From the NCBI GenBank assembly GCA_028826165.1, contig JAPDFW010000120.1:1-64000 (forward strand): a stretch of 64,000 nucleotides of DNA. Reading direction: 5' to 3'. This DNA comes from Anaeramoeba ignava BMAN (taxonomy: Eukaryota > Protista > Anaeramoebae). The translations under genes and the position numbers were made by a program. A model generated the notes under the pieces. It made no database searches and was not told where the DNA came from. It was given only the letters and a program-made list of their open reading frames with translations. The first letter of the stretch is position 1. The number at the start of each line of letters is the position of its first letter. Shown in pieces: positions 11,299 to 23,261 of this stretch.

Positions 11299-13984
11299 TT
11301 AAATCAATTCAATTCCTCCTGATTTTTCAAGTTCTTTTTCTCTTTGTTTGATAATTCTTTTGATACTGTTTTTCTGTTTCTTAATCAAAATGATGAAAAA
11401 AATAACTGCTGCAATAACAAAAACAGGAAGAATTACTCCTAAAGCTATTGCTGCATTTTTGGATTTATTATCAGTTTCTTGATTTTGAATTAATGTTGTA
11501 ACTAAAACTATTGATTCAATTCCTGAATTTGTATCATAATAACAAGTATCATTAGCTGATGAATAAACTGCAATTTGATAATTTGCTCCTCCAGGTAATC
11601 CTGAAACTGAATAAGAAGTTCTTAAATCTTGTAAGCAAATTATAGATAAATTGAATCTAAATGAATATGCTTCTAATCCTTCTGTTAATTGTAATGGATC
11701 CCAATTACAAACAAATCCATAATCAATTCCATAACAACTTAATGAATGAATATTTCCTAATTTGGCTTTTCTTGATTCTATTAAACTTGGTTCTCCAAAA
11801 TATGGTGTTTCACAATTTAAATCTGAACATCCTCGAATTGAAATATTATATTCAACATTTCCTGGTATTCCACTTAATATTCCGATTATATTATCTACAA
11901 TTACATAAAGAGATGTGAAATTCTGCCAATTTGTTCCATTATCAAGTGAAATTGAATAATTATTAGCATATGTTAATTTTGTGAAATTAAATTCAATTTC
12001 TTCAATTTTTGGAATTATTTCATTGATTATTGGAGCAGATGGTAAATAACCAGTTGTAATTGAAATTGTTGAAACAACTCCACAATTATTTTCTGAATCA
12101 CATCCTGAAACACCAATTTGATATTCTTGATTTGGAAATTGAGCTGTGAATTTTTGATTTGTTAATGTTGGTTGATAATTTCCTGAATCATTTTGTGAAA
12201 TTGATTGATAAGAAAAATGATAATAAGATGGAATTGAACAAATATTAATTTGATCCCAAGTGCAATTAATATCTAATGAATATGAAACTGAACAGGATAT
12301 ATTGTGAACATCTTCGAAAATTATTGAAATTGATGATTCAGAAACTTTTCCTTTATCTTCTCCTTCACATTCTTGTGTTCTACATCCCCAAATTGAAATA
12401 TTATAATCTTTTCCACATTCAATATCATTTAAAATATAAGAAGTTGAAGAATTATCAACTGAAATGAAAAATATTGATTCAGGTTCTGATTGATTAAAGT
12501 AAGAAATATTATAATGATCAAGATGTGGAATTCCTTCATCGATCTTGAACATTTGGAGGATTCCAAGAAACATTAATTGAATATCCTGTTACATTTGAAA
12601 ATTGGAAATCTTTTACAGAATCAATTCTTGTTGTTAAATTAACGAAAGAAACAGATTTACCACAAATCATTGTTTCAATATCACAAGCATGAATTTGAAT
12701 TGGATAATTTTCATTTGAGATTAAATTATCATAAATTGAAGAATTAAATTGTTGATAATAAACATTTCCATCTTCAAGAATTGGAGAATCAATATCAATC
12801 CAATCAAAACCATAATTAATTTGATATTTCAAAGGCTTAAAAAATTCAACTTCATCCCAATAACAATCAAATGATGAAAACAAAGATGAACAATTAAGAA
12901 TATTAACTTGAGGAATTTCAAAAGCTTCATAAATAAATACTTGTGTTATATTATAGGTTCCAAGTATAGTAAAATTCCCATAAATTGAAATTGGATTCCT
13001 ATTATTCGTAGATTGTACATTGAAAGTTTGTTTCAAATTCCAAGTTGTTTGATTGTATTCATACATCATAAATTGATTTGTTGTCCTAATGCCAAGAACA
13101 TCCATATATTGTGACATAAAAATTAAGAGACCTGAATCTGCAGTTCCATTCAAAATTTCTTCAAGATTCCAAATCGATCCATTATATCTGTAAATAGATA
13201 CTTGAGGTTCACTAAAAGAATTACTTCCAAAAGCAATCACATTTTCATAAATTGAAATATCTCCATAGCCATATCCCAGAGTTCCATTTAAAATTTGTTC
13301 AAGATCCCAATTAGATACATTATATCTGTAAACATATACTGAGGCATCAAACGTAGCACCAATCGCAATCACTTCATCATAAATTGAAGCACAAATTCCG
13401 AAACCTGAACCTGCAGTTCCATCCAAACTTTGTTCAGGATTCCAATTAGTTCCATTATATCTGTAAATATATGCTTTTTCATCTCCTAAACATCCAATAA
13501 CAATAACTTGATCATAAATTGCAACAGTAGTTCCGAAACCTGAATCTGCAGTTCCATTCAAAATTTCTTCAAGATTCCAAATCGTTCCATTATATCTGTA
13601 AATAAATACTTCGTAAGTTAAACTAGCTCCAACAATAATAACATCTTGATAAATTGCAACACCATATCCAAAATTTGAACTTGCAGTTCCATTCAAAATT
13701 TGTTCAAGATCCCAATTAGATCCATTTTTTCTATAAACATATGCTTCACAGGTATAAGTAGCTCCAACAACAAAAACATCTTGATAAATTGCAACACCAT
13801 ATCCAAACCTTGAACTTGCTTCTCCTATCAAAGTTTCAGTTAAATTCCAAACATAACCTTCATGTGAAGAAGACAAATATTCTGATGAAATTTTTGATTC
13901 TGAAATTAATGAAATTTCTTCGTTTTGAATTGATTGACTTAAAATGAGATTTATTAATAATAAAAGAAGAAGAATTTTTTGCAT
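11299..13984 (-). CDS. Type I membrane protein: signal peptide, FG-GAP beta-propeller, FN3-like domains, TM, short basic tail; one frameshift near 12545
   Basis: Repeats FGYGVAIYQDVFVVGA...AYVYR.NG..W.LEQ.L (about 6-7 copies). FN3-like SINVSWNPP...YNISIWGC. TM AAIALGVILPVFVIAAVIFFIILI followed by KKQK. ORFs 12536-13984 and 11299-12573 overlap. Confidence 0.85.
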
Positions 13985-14362
13985 TTTTATTTTGTTTTGT
14001 TTTGTTTTGTTTTTCTATTTTTTATTTAAATAAATTAAGAAAATAAATTAAGAAATTTTATTTTTTATTTGCTATTTGCTTATTTGATCGTTTTTCCAAT
14101 TAAATTATTAACAATAATTATTTTTAAAATATTTTTAGGAATTTAAAATTGAAAATAGTAAACAACAATTTATTTTTTTGCTTCATTACTTTTTTCAAAA
14201 TGTTGTAATTTTGATTTAAAAAAAAAATTTTTTTCTTGTGATTTAAAATTGAAAATAAATCCAACAAAAAAAATGAAAAATGAAATTATAAAATAAAACA
14301 AAACAAAACAAAAATTTTTCCTAATTTTTTTTCTTTTCATTTCTTCAATTCTTTTATTAATT

Positions 14363-16158
14363 TTAATTTTTAATTTTAATTTTAATTTTAATTTTAATTT
14401 TAAATTTATTAAATTTAATTAATAAATCAAATAAATTTGGATTTGTTTGATTTAATTGAAAATAATCAATTCCTCTTTCTAATTCTTCAATAATTTCTTG
14501 TGTAATTTGAATTTCATTTTTAATTTGATTTGAATAAATCCAATATTCAAATATTTGGAATGATTTATTACTTAATTCACTATAATCTGTAACTTTATTA
14601 GATTTATCTTCTGTTACAGATAAAAACATTCCTCGATATAATTCACTTCTCATTATTAATATTAATTTGGGGAATTTATATTGTTTTTCTTTTCTTTCAA
14701 TTATAAAATCTTTTTCATTTTCATTTTCATTTAAATAAATTCTTTTCATTGTTTCTTCAATTTTTTCATTTGAATTTATAATTTCTTTAATTTCAGAATA
14801 TAATTTTGGATTTATTTTGGAACTGTTTGAATAAATCATTTCAAATATTTGATTTGATTCTTTAATTGATCTATTTGAAATAATTTCTTGAAGTTTTTCA
14901 ATTTCATTTTGATTTAATCTATATTTCAATATTAATTTATGAGCTTCAATTATTTCTCCATTTTCTGTTTTAAATGAAATATTACAAAATTCTTTTCTTT
15001 CAAATAATTTTATCAAATCTTCTTCAAGATTAGAAAAAGAAGGAGGAGAATAATAAAGAAATGTTTTGAAAGCACCACAAGAAATATGATAACTGCAAAT
15101 ATCTTCATTAAATCTTAATTCAGGAAGTTCAATTTGAATTGGAGAATATTGATCTTTTGTATCTTCAGTTCCTAATTGACCATAAAAATTATCTCCAAAT
15201 CCAATTAATTTTGAATTGTAAGTTAAAATCAAATTATGAAAATTTCCAACAGAAAAATCAAGAATATTATCATTTTCAAATAAAGATGATTTAATTTCAG
15301 TAAATTCGTAAGTATTTTCAAATTTTCCAAGTCCATTAAAACGAGAAGATCCACATGAATAAAGTTTTCTTCTTTTATTTTCATCTTCATTTTCAATTTC
15401 AATCAACATTATTGAATGTGAATATCCACATTGAATATCAATTATTTTGCCTTTTGGAATATTTTGGATTTTGGTTAATTTTTCGATTTTTCTTTCTTTT
15501 CTTAATTCTCCTAATCCAAGTTGATGATATTCATTATATCCACATCCAAATAATTCTTGATTTGAATTTAAAAGAAAAACATGATTTGAAGTATTTCCTG
15601 AAAATATTTTAGAAACATTTTTCATCATTAAAATTGGTTTTTGTGTTACTTTAAATGTTTTAGAATCAAAACCAAGTTGACTAAAATCATTATCACCAAT
15701 TCCATAAGCATTTTGATTTGAAGTTAATAAGTAAATTGAATGAGCTCCAGAACCAATATCTTGAATTATTCTATCATTTGTATCTTCAATTAATGATGAA
15801 ATATTGATAAATTCATGTGGATTATTTGGATTAATATATTTTCCTTTGGCAAATACATTTCCTTCTATTGTTAAAATAGCTTCATTTTGTTCACCAACAG
15901 TTACTTTTTGAATATTTTCAATTTGGATTTTTTCAAGATTTTGATTTGAATCATTTTCTTTTAAATATTCTATTGCTTTCCCATTTTCAAAAAGGAAATT
16001 GTTGAATAATTTCCTGTTGAAATTTGTTTAATTTGTTTTTCATTTTCATTTTCATTTTCATTTTCAAATTTAAATTGAATTGGTTTTTTTATTTCATTTG
16101 GTTCATTTTCGATAAATTTTGGATTTTCATTGAAACCAAAAAATAAACAATCATTCAT
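14363..16158 (-). CDS. RCC1-repeat + tandem BTB protein (copy 1); 1-nt deletion near 15990
   Basis: RCC1 motifs (LFGCGYNEYHQLG, IQCGYSHS, GFGDNFYGQLG) and BTBs (IEAHKLILKYR, LIMRSELYRGMFLSV...FEYWIY). The paralogue has the extra T. Confidence 0.88.
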
Positions 16159-16240
16159 TTTTAAAAAGAAAAAAAATGAAAAAATGGATTTTGGATTTTG
16201 GATTTTGATTTTAATTTTAATTTTAATTTAAATTTTAATT

Positions 16241-18042
16241 TTAATTTTGATTTTGATTTTGATTATTAAATTTGTTAATTAATAAATCAAATAAACTTGG
16301 ATTTGTTTGATTTAATTGAAAATAATCAATTCCAATTTTAATTTCATTAATTATTTCTTGTGTAATTTCAATTTCTTCTTTAATTTGATTTGAATAAATC
16401 CAATATTCAAATATTTGAAATGATTTATTACTTAATTCACTATAATCTGTAACTTTATTAGATTTATCTTCTGTAACAGATAAAAACATTCCTCGATATA
16501 ATTCACTTCTCATTATTAATATTAATTTTGGAAATTTATATTGTTTTTCTTTTCTTTCAATTATAAAATCATTTTCATTTTCATTTAAATAAATTCTTTT
16601 CATTGTTTCTTCAATTTTTTCATTTGAATTTATAATTTCTTTAATTTCAGAATATAATTTTGGATTTATTATTCTGTTTGAATAAATCATTTCAAATATT
16701 TGATTTGAATCTTTAATTGATCTATTTGAAATAATTTCTTGAAGTTTTTCAATTTGATTTTCATCTTTTAATCTATATTTCAATATTAATTTATGAGCTT
16801 CAATTATTTCTCCATTTTTGGTTTTAAATGAAATATCACAAAATTCTTTTCTTCTAAATAGTTTTATCAAATCTTCTTCAAGATTGGAAAAAGAAGGAGG
16901 AGAATAATAAAGAAATGATCTAGAAAATCCACAAGAAATATGATAATTGGAAACATCATCCATTAATTTAGGAAGTTCATCTTTAATTGGAATTGATTGG
17001 GCTTGATGATCATATCCTTGTTGTCCATGGACAAAACTTCCAAAACCCAACATTTCCCCATTTGTTGTTAATATCAAAGCATGACCATTTCCAACAGAAA
17101 ATTCACGAATATTATCCTTTGTTTCTATTAATTTAATTCCTGGTATTTGTGGATTTTTTCCTACTGAACTTGTTGAACCTCCACATAAATACAATTTCCT
17201 TTTTGGATCTTCATCTTCATTTTCAATCAACATTATTGAATAAGCCCATCCAGATTGAATATCAATTATTTTGCCTTTTGGAATATTTTGGATTTTGGTT
17301 AATTTTTCAATTTTGTAGCTGTATGTTCTTTTGATTCCAAGTTGGAACGATTTATTATATCCACATCCAAATAATTCTTGATTTGAATTTAAAAGAAAAA
17401 CATGATGTGAAGAATTTCCTGAAAATATTTTAGAAATATTTTTCATCATTAAAATTGGTTTTTCTGTTTTTGAAAGTGTTTTAGAATATAAACCAAGTTG
17501 GCCATCCACATTTGAACCAATTCCATAAACATTTTGATTTGAAGTTAATAAGTAAATTGAACGAGCTCCAGAAATAATATCTTCAATTATTCTATCATTT
17601 GTATCTTCAATTAATGATGAAATATTAATAAATTTATTTGGATTATTTGGATCAATATTTATTCCTTTGGCAAATACATTTCCTTCTATTGTTAAAATAG
17701 CTTCATTTTGTTCACCAACAGTTACTTTTTGAATATTTTCAATTTGGATTTTTCAGGATTTCGATTTGAATCATTTTCTTTTAAATATTCTATTGCTTTT
17801 CCATTTTTAAAAAGGAAAATTGTTGAATAATTTCCTGATGAAATTTGTTTAATTTGTTTTTCATTTTCATTTTCATTTTCAAATTTAAATTGAATTGGAT
17901 TTTTTATTCTTTCTGTTTCATTTTTGATAATAATTGGTTTATTATTCCAACCAAAAAACCAACACCCTTTCTTTCCAGAAGTAATTGAATAAATTGTTCT
18001 TATTTGTTTCAGTTTTGATCCTGTTTGTTTTCTTAATCTCAT
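16241..18042 (-). CDS. RCC1-repeat + tandem BTB protein (copy 2); 1-nt deletion near 17750
   Basis: Tandem paralogue of 14363-16158. BTB half nearly identical, RCC1 blades diverged. Confidence 0.88.
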
Positions 18043-18371
18043 TGAATAATCCAAAAATAAAAAAATGAAAAAAGAAAATGAAGAAAAATTTTATTTTTAA
18101 TTTTTTTCTTCTTTTTCTCTTTTTTAAAAAAACAATAAAAAAAAATTTAATAACTAAAAAAAAAGATAAAAACAACAAATTATTTTATTTTTTAATTAAA
18201 AAGTTCACTTTTATTTTATTTTTTTTTCTTTTTTCTTTTTTTCATTTTTTCTTTTTTTTTTTAATTTTTTTCCTTTTTATAAAACTTTTCTAATAAAGGA
18301 AACTTATTTTATTTTAATTGTTTTATTTTGTTTTTAAACAAAAAAAAAAAACCAAAAAGAAAAGGATTTAA

Positions 18372-20095
18372 ATGGACTTATTAAAATCCTCAAATGAATC
18401 CAATCCACAAAGAGAAACAAAGAAAAACCCAAGTATTTTTGAAAAAAACAAAAATGATCCATATTTTGATTTTTTCAATGATTTCGATAATGAAATTTCT
18501 TCACCTTCTTCATTTGGTAAAATTCAACATTAAAATCAAAATCAAAATCAAAATCAAAATCAAGATATAAATTAAAATTCAAAATTAAAATCAAAATCTA
18601 AATCAAAATTAAAATCAAAATCAAATTTAAAATTAAAATTCAACATTAAAATCAAAATCAAAATCAAAATCAAAATCAAAATCAAATTCAAAATATAAAT
18701 CAAAATCAAAATCAAAATCAAAATATAAATTAAAATCAAAATCAAAATCAAAATCAAAATCAAAATCAAAATCTAAATCAAATTTAAATTTAAAATTAAA
18801 ATTCAAATTTAAAATTAAAATTAAAATTAAAATTTAAAAATTTATTTTTCTTAGACAATTTCGATGATACAGATGATCCAAATTCTCCTTTTTTTCAAAA
18901 TTCTCCAAATTCTTTTTTTGATATTGATCCAAATCCTTTCAATTTTCTCAATGACTGGAAATCTCCATTTGATTCAAATGATACTAATTTTTCATTTCGT
19001 TTAGATTATCCAGACGAAACATTTGATTCAAATTTTAACATTTTTGAAGAAGATTTAAACAATTCAAACAATTTAAATGATTTAAACAATTCAAACAATT
19101 TAAATGATTCAAACAATTTAAATGATTCAAACAATTCAAAAGATTCAAATGATTTAGAAATGCTTCCTTTTAATAATTCTCAACATTTTTCCAATATCAA
19201 TTTCAATTCCAATTATCAATATTCACAAAAACAAAACGACCTACCCCCTAATATTAATTCGAATGATTCAAATCATTTTTTTTCGAAATCTCCAATTGCT
19301 CCTATTGGTTTGATTAAGAAAGGAAATGATTTGAATCATTCAATAACATTAGATAATTGTAATAATGATATCGATAATAATGTTGGAAATATTAAAGGAA
19401 TAACTTCTAAATCATTTCAAATTAATTCAAATCCAATTAATTCAAAATCAATTAATTCAAATCCAATTGATTCAAATTCAATTAATCCAAATTCAATCAA
19501 TTCAAATTCAATTGATTCAAATTCAATTGATTCAAAATCAATCAATCCAAATTCAATTGATTCAAAATCAATCAATCCAAAATCAATCAATCCAAAATCA
19601 ATCAATCTAAAAACAAAAAAAACAAGAAAAAAAAGAAGCAAAAAAAAGAAGCAAAAAGATCAATTAATTCAATCTCCAAAAAAAAGAAGAAACAGAAAAC
19701 CCAAAATTCCAAAATTACAAATCAATTCAGAAATCAAAAAACACTTTAAATCACATCAACCTTATGGAGAACGTTTAGATATTATTGCAAGAATTAGACC
19801 TGAATTAATTAAAGGATGGAAACCTTCAACTTTTCAAGATTTTCAAGAAAAAGGAATTGTTCCTGAAAAAGTTGAGATTATTCCAAATTTGATTGATTTT
19901 ATGACTCAATGTTTGAATAAAACAAATTTTGATGAATCATTAGAAATCACAGAAAATTTAAAGAAAACTTACCAAAGATCAAGAAAAAATATCAGGAAAT
20001 GTTTAATCAGATTTTTTAAAGATACAATCCAAATGAAAAAATCACCTGAAAGTGTTTATAATCATTCAAGCATGACTTTTTTAAGAAAGCATTAA
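18372..20095 (+). CDS. Array gene 1: acidic D/F-rich N-terminus, basic linker, conserved C-terminal domain (putative DNA-binding)
   Basis: Exon 1 18372-18516, phase-1 intron 18517-18854, exon 2 in frame with ORF 19160-20095. Domain GERLDIIARIRPELIKGWKPSTF...GIVPEKVEI. Confidence 0.8.
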
Positions 20096-20703
20096 GAATC
20101 TTCTTTTTTTCAATTTACTTCTTTTTTTTTTTTATCGTTTCGATTTTATTCGTTTTTTACTTTTTTTTTTTTAATTTCAATTTCATCTTTCTTTGTTTTG
20201 TTTATAAGGAAGAATTTTGGAATATCACAAATAAAATAAGAAATCTTCAAATCATTTTTTCTAATTAATTTTTTTCGCATTTTCCCTTTTTTTTTCTATT
20301 TAAATTTTTAATTAAATTTTGATTTGATCTTTTTAAATTAAATTTTCCTTTTTTTTTTTATTTAAATTTTAATTAAATTTGATTTGATCTTTTTAAATTA
20401 AAAAGTGGTTTTTTTTTTATTCCAATTTTTCCTTTTTTTTTTATTCCAATTTTCCTTTTTTTTTTAATTAAAAAAAAATGTGGTTTTTTTTTGCCCTCAT
20501 AAATAAAAATTTTTAATTAAATTTTTACATTTCTTTTTTTCCTTTTTTTAATTAAATTTTAAAAGCGGATATTTTTAAAATTTTTAAATAAACTTTTTTT
20601 TTTTTTTCAAATTCATTTTTCCTTTTCTTTTTCTTTTTAAAAATTCATTTTTTTTCTATTAAATAAAACAAAACAAAACAAAACAAAACAAAACAAACTT
20701 AAA

Positions 20704-22653
20704 ATGAAACATTCTTTTGATAATAATAACAACTTAAATTCCTTTCAAAACAACTCTATTGATGATTTTAATGAGGAAAACAACCAATTTTTTGATTATG
20801 ATCCTTTTGATTCTTTTTATGGTAAATAAATCAATTCAAATCAATTATTTTTACATTTTTGGATTATTTTAATTACATTTTAATTTAATTTAATTTAATT
20901 TAATTTAATTTAATTTAATTTAATTTAATTTAGATAATCCAAATGATTCACAATTTCAACAACAAAGAGTTGATGATTCCCATTCCTTTTTTAATCCTTT
21001 TGATTCTTTTTATGGTAAATTAAACAAATAATCAATTATTTTTACATTTTTGGGTTATTTTAATTTAATTTAATTTAATTTAATTTAATTTAGATAATTC
21101 AAATGATTTAGATAATTCAAATGATTCACAATTTCAACAACAACAAAAAAACGATTCTTTTGATCCAAATTCTGATCCTTTTGATTCTTTTTATGGTAAA
21201 TAAATCAATTCAAATCAAATAAAATAAAATCAATTATTTTTACATTTTTGGATTATTTTAATTTAATTTTATTTTAATTTAATTTAATTTAATTTAATTT
21301 AATTTTAATTTAATTTAATTTAATTTAATTTAGATAATCCAAATGATTCACAATTTCAACAACAAAGAGTTGATGATTCCCATTCCTTTTTTAATTCTTA
21401 TGATTCTTCTGATGGTAAATAAAAGAAAATCAAAAATTAATTCAATTTAATTGATTTAATTTATTTGATTTTAATTTAGATAATCTGAATTATTCACATT
21501 TTCAACAACAAGATGATGATCGTTTTGATTTTTTTGATTTTTTAGATGGTAAATAATTCAAACAAAAACTTAAATATATTTTTTTAACTTATTTTAAATA
21601 TAATTTGATTTAGATAATCCAAATATTCAAGACAATGATCCAATTTTTGATTTTTCATTTGATTCAAATTCTCCTTTTGATTCAGATAATTCAAAAACAC
21701 AAAATCAAATTCAATCACAAAATCAAATTCAATTACAAAATCAAATTCAAAATCAATATCAAAATCAATATCAATATTCTTCTAATTCGACTTCGAATAA
21801 TAAATTTAATTCATTAAATTCTAAAAACGATCTATCATCTAAAACGAATAATTCAGATTACTCAAATCATTTTCTTTCTAAATCATCAACTGCTCCTGTT
21901 GATTTGAATAAGAAAGAAAATGATAGTGGTAATCAAACACAAATTAATAATTCTATCGATAATAAAAAACAGAATATTGATATTGGTATTGATATTAAAG
22001 AAACAAAACAAATTAATTCACAACCCAAATCTAAATCCAAATCTAAATCCAAATCCAAATCTAAATTCAAATCCAATTCACAACCCAATTCCAAATCCAA
22101 ATCCAAATCCAAATATAAATCCAATTCACAACCCAATTCACAACCCAAATCCAAATCCAAATTAAATCCAAAAACAAAAAGAAAAACAAACAAAAAAAGA
22201 AAAAAGAATCAAAAAGAGAATTTGAATCAAGTGAAAAAATCAAAAAAAAGAAATCATCAGGTTTATATTCCAAATTTAAACATTAATTCAAAAGAACAAG
22301 AACTTTTTAACTCAAATCAAAGCATTGGAAAACGTTTGGATATTCTTGCAGAAATTAAACCCGATTTAATTAAAGGATGGGAATCTTCAACTTTTAAAAA
22401 TTTCCAAAAAAAAGGAATTATTCCAGAAAAAGTAATTATTCTTGGAGATGCTGTTCATTTTATGACTCAATGTTTGAAAATCACAAATTTTGATGAATTG
22501 AATAATCCAACACAAGAAATGAAAACAAATTATCAAAAATGGATCAAATATTTTGCAAGATCATTAAAAAGATTTTTAGAAAACACAATGAAGATGGAAA
22601 GAGACCAAGAAAACAAACACAAACATGGATTGATTATCTTTATCAAAAAATAA
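20704..22653 (+). CDS. Array gene 2: six exons, repeated acidic-aromatic exon modules plus conserved C-terminal domain
   Basis: Exons 20704-20821, 20934-21014, 21094-21195, 21334-21414, 21480-21548, 21614-22653. All junctions are G|GTAAAT...TTTAG|ATAAT and the frame is intact into ORF 21904-22653. Confidence 0.85.
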
Positions 22654-23261
22654 GACACCTTTTTATTCCGTTTTTTTAATTCCGTTATTTACGTTTGATT
22701 TACGTTTTATTTACGTTTTATTATCGACTTTATTATCGACTTTATTATCGACTTTATTTACTTTTTTATTTCGTTTCATTTTTTTGACTTTTTTTTGACT
22801 TTTTTTGACTTTTTTTTGAAATCAAATTTGATACAATTTGGTTAATATTTTTATTTATCATTTTGAATCAAATTCTTTTTTTTTACTTTTGTAAGGAAGA
22901 ATGTTGGAATCACACTAATAAAATTGGAAATCTTCAAACCTTTTTATTAAAACAAAACATTTTTAATTTTTAATTTTTAATTTTAATTTTTTAAATTAAA
23001 AAAAGTGGAATTTAATTTGTTTATTTTTTAAATAAAAAATTAAAAAAAATTTTGAAATAAAAAACCAAACAAAAAGAAGACTGTGATATTTTAATTTTTT
23101 TCCTTTTTTTTTTCTTTTTTCGATCATTTTTATATCATTTCTCAATTTTTTTTAAAAGTAGACAATTTAATATTTTTAAAAAAATTTTTTAATTATTCTT
23201 TTTTTCATTTTTTTTTTTAATAATTTTTTTTTAAATTGAACACACAAACCAAAATATAAAT

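Noticed and set aside
343-17760. Programmed (Euplotes-like) frameshifting at the many broken genes
   Set aside because: Shifts go in both directions and mostly sit in homopolymers. The two RCC1-BTB paralogues each have the base the other lacks. Assembly error is simpler; short-read polishing would settle it.
20822-21613. CRISPR-like repeat-spacer appearance
   Set aside because: The units are exon-intron duplicates with GT-AG boundaries, the spacers are homologous to each other, and there are no cas genes.
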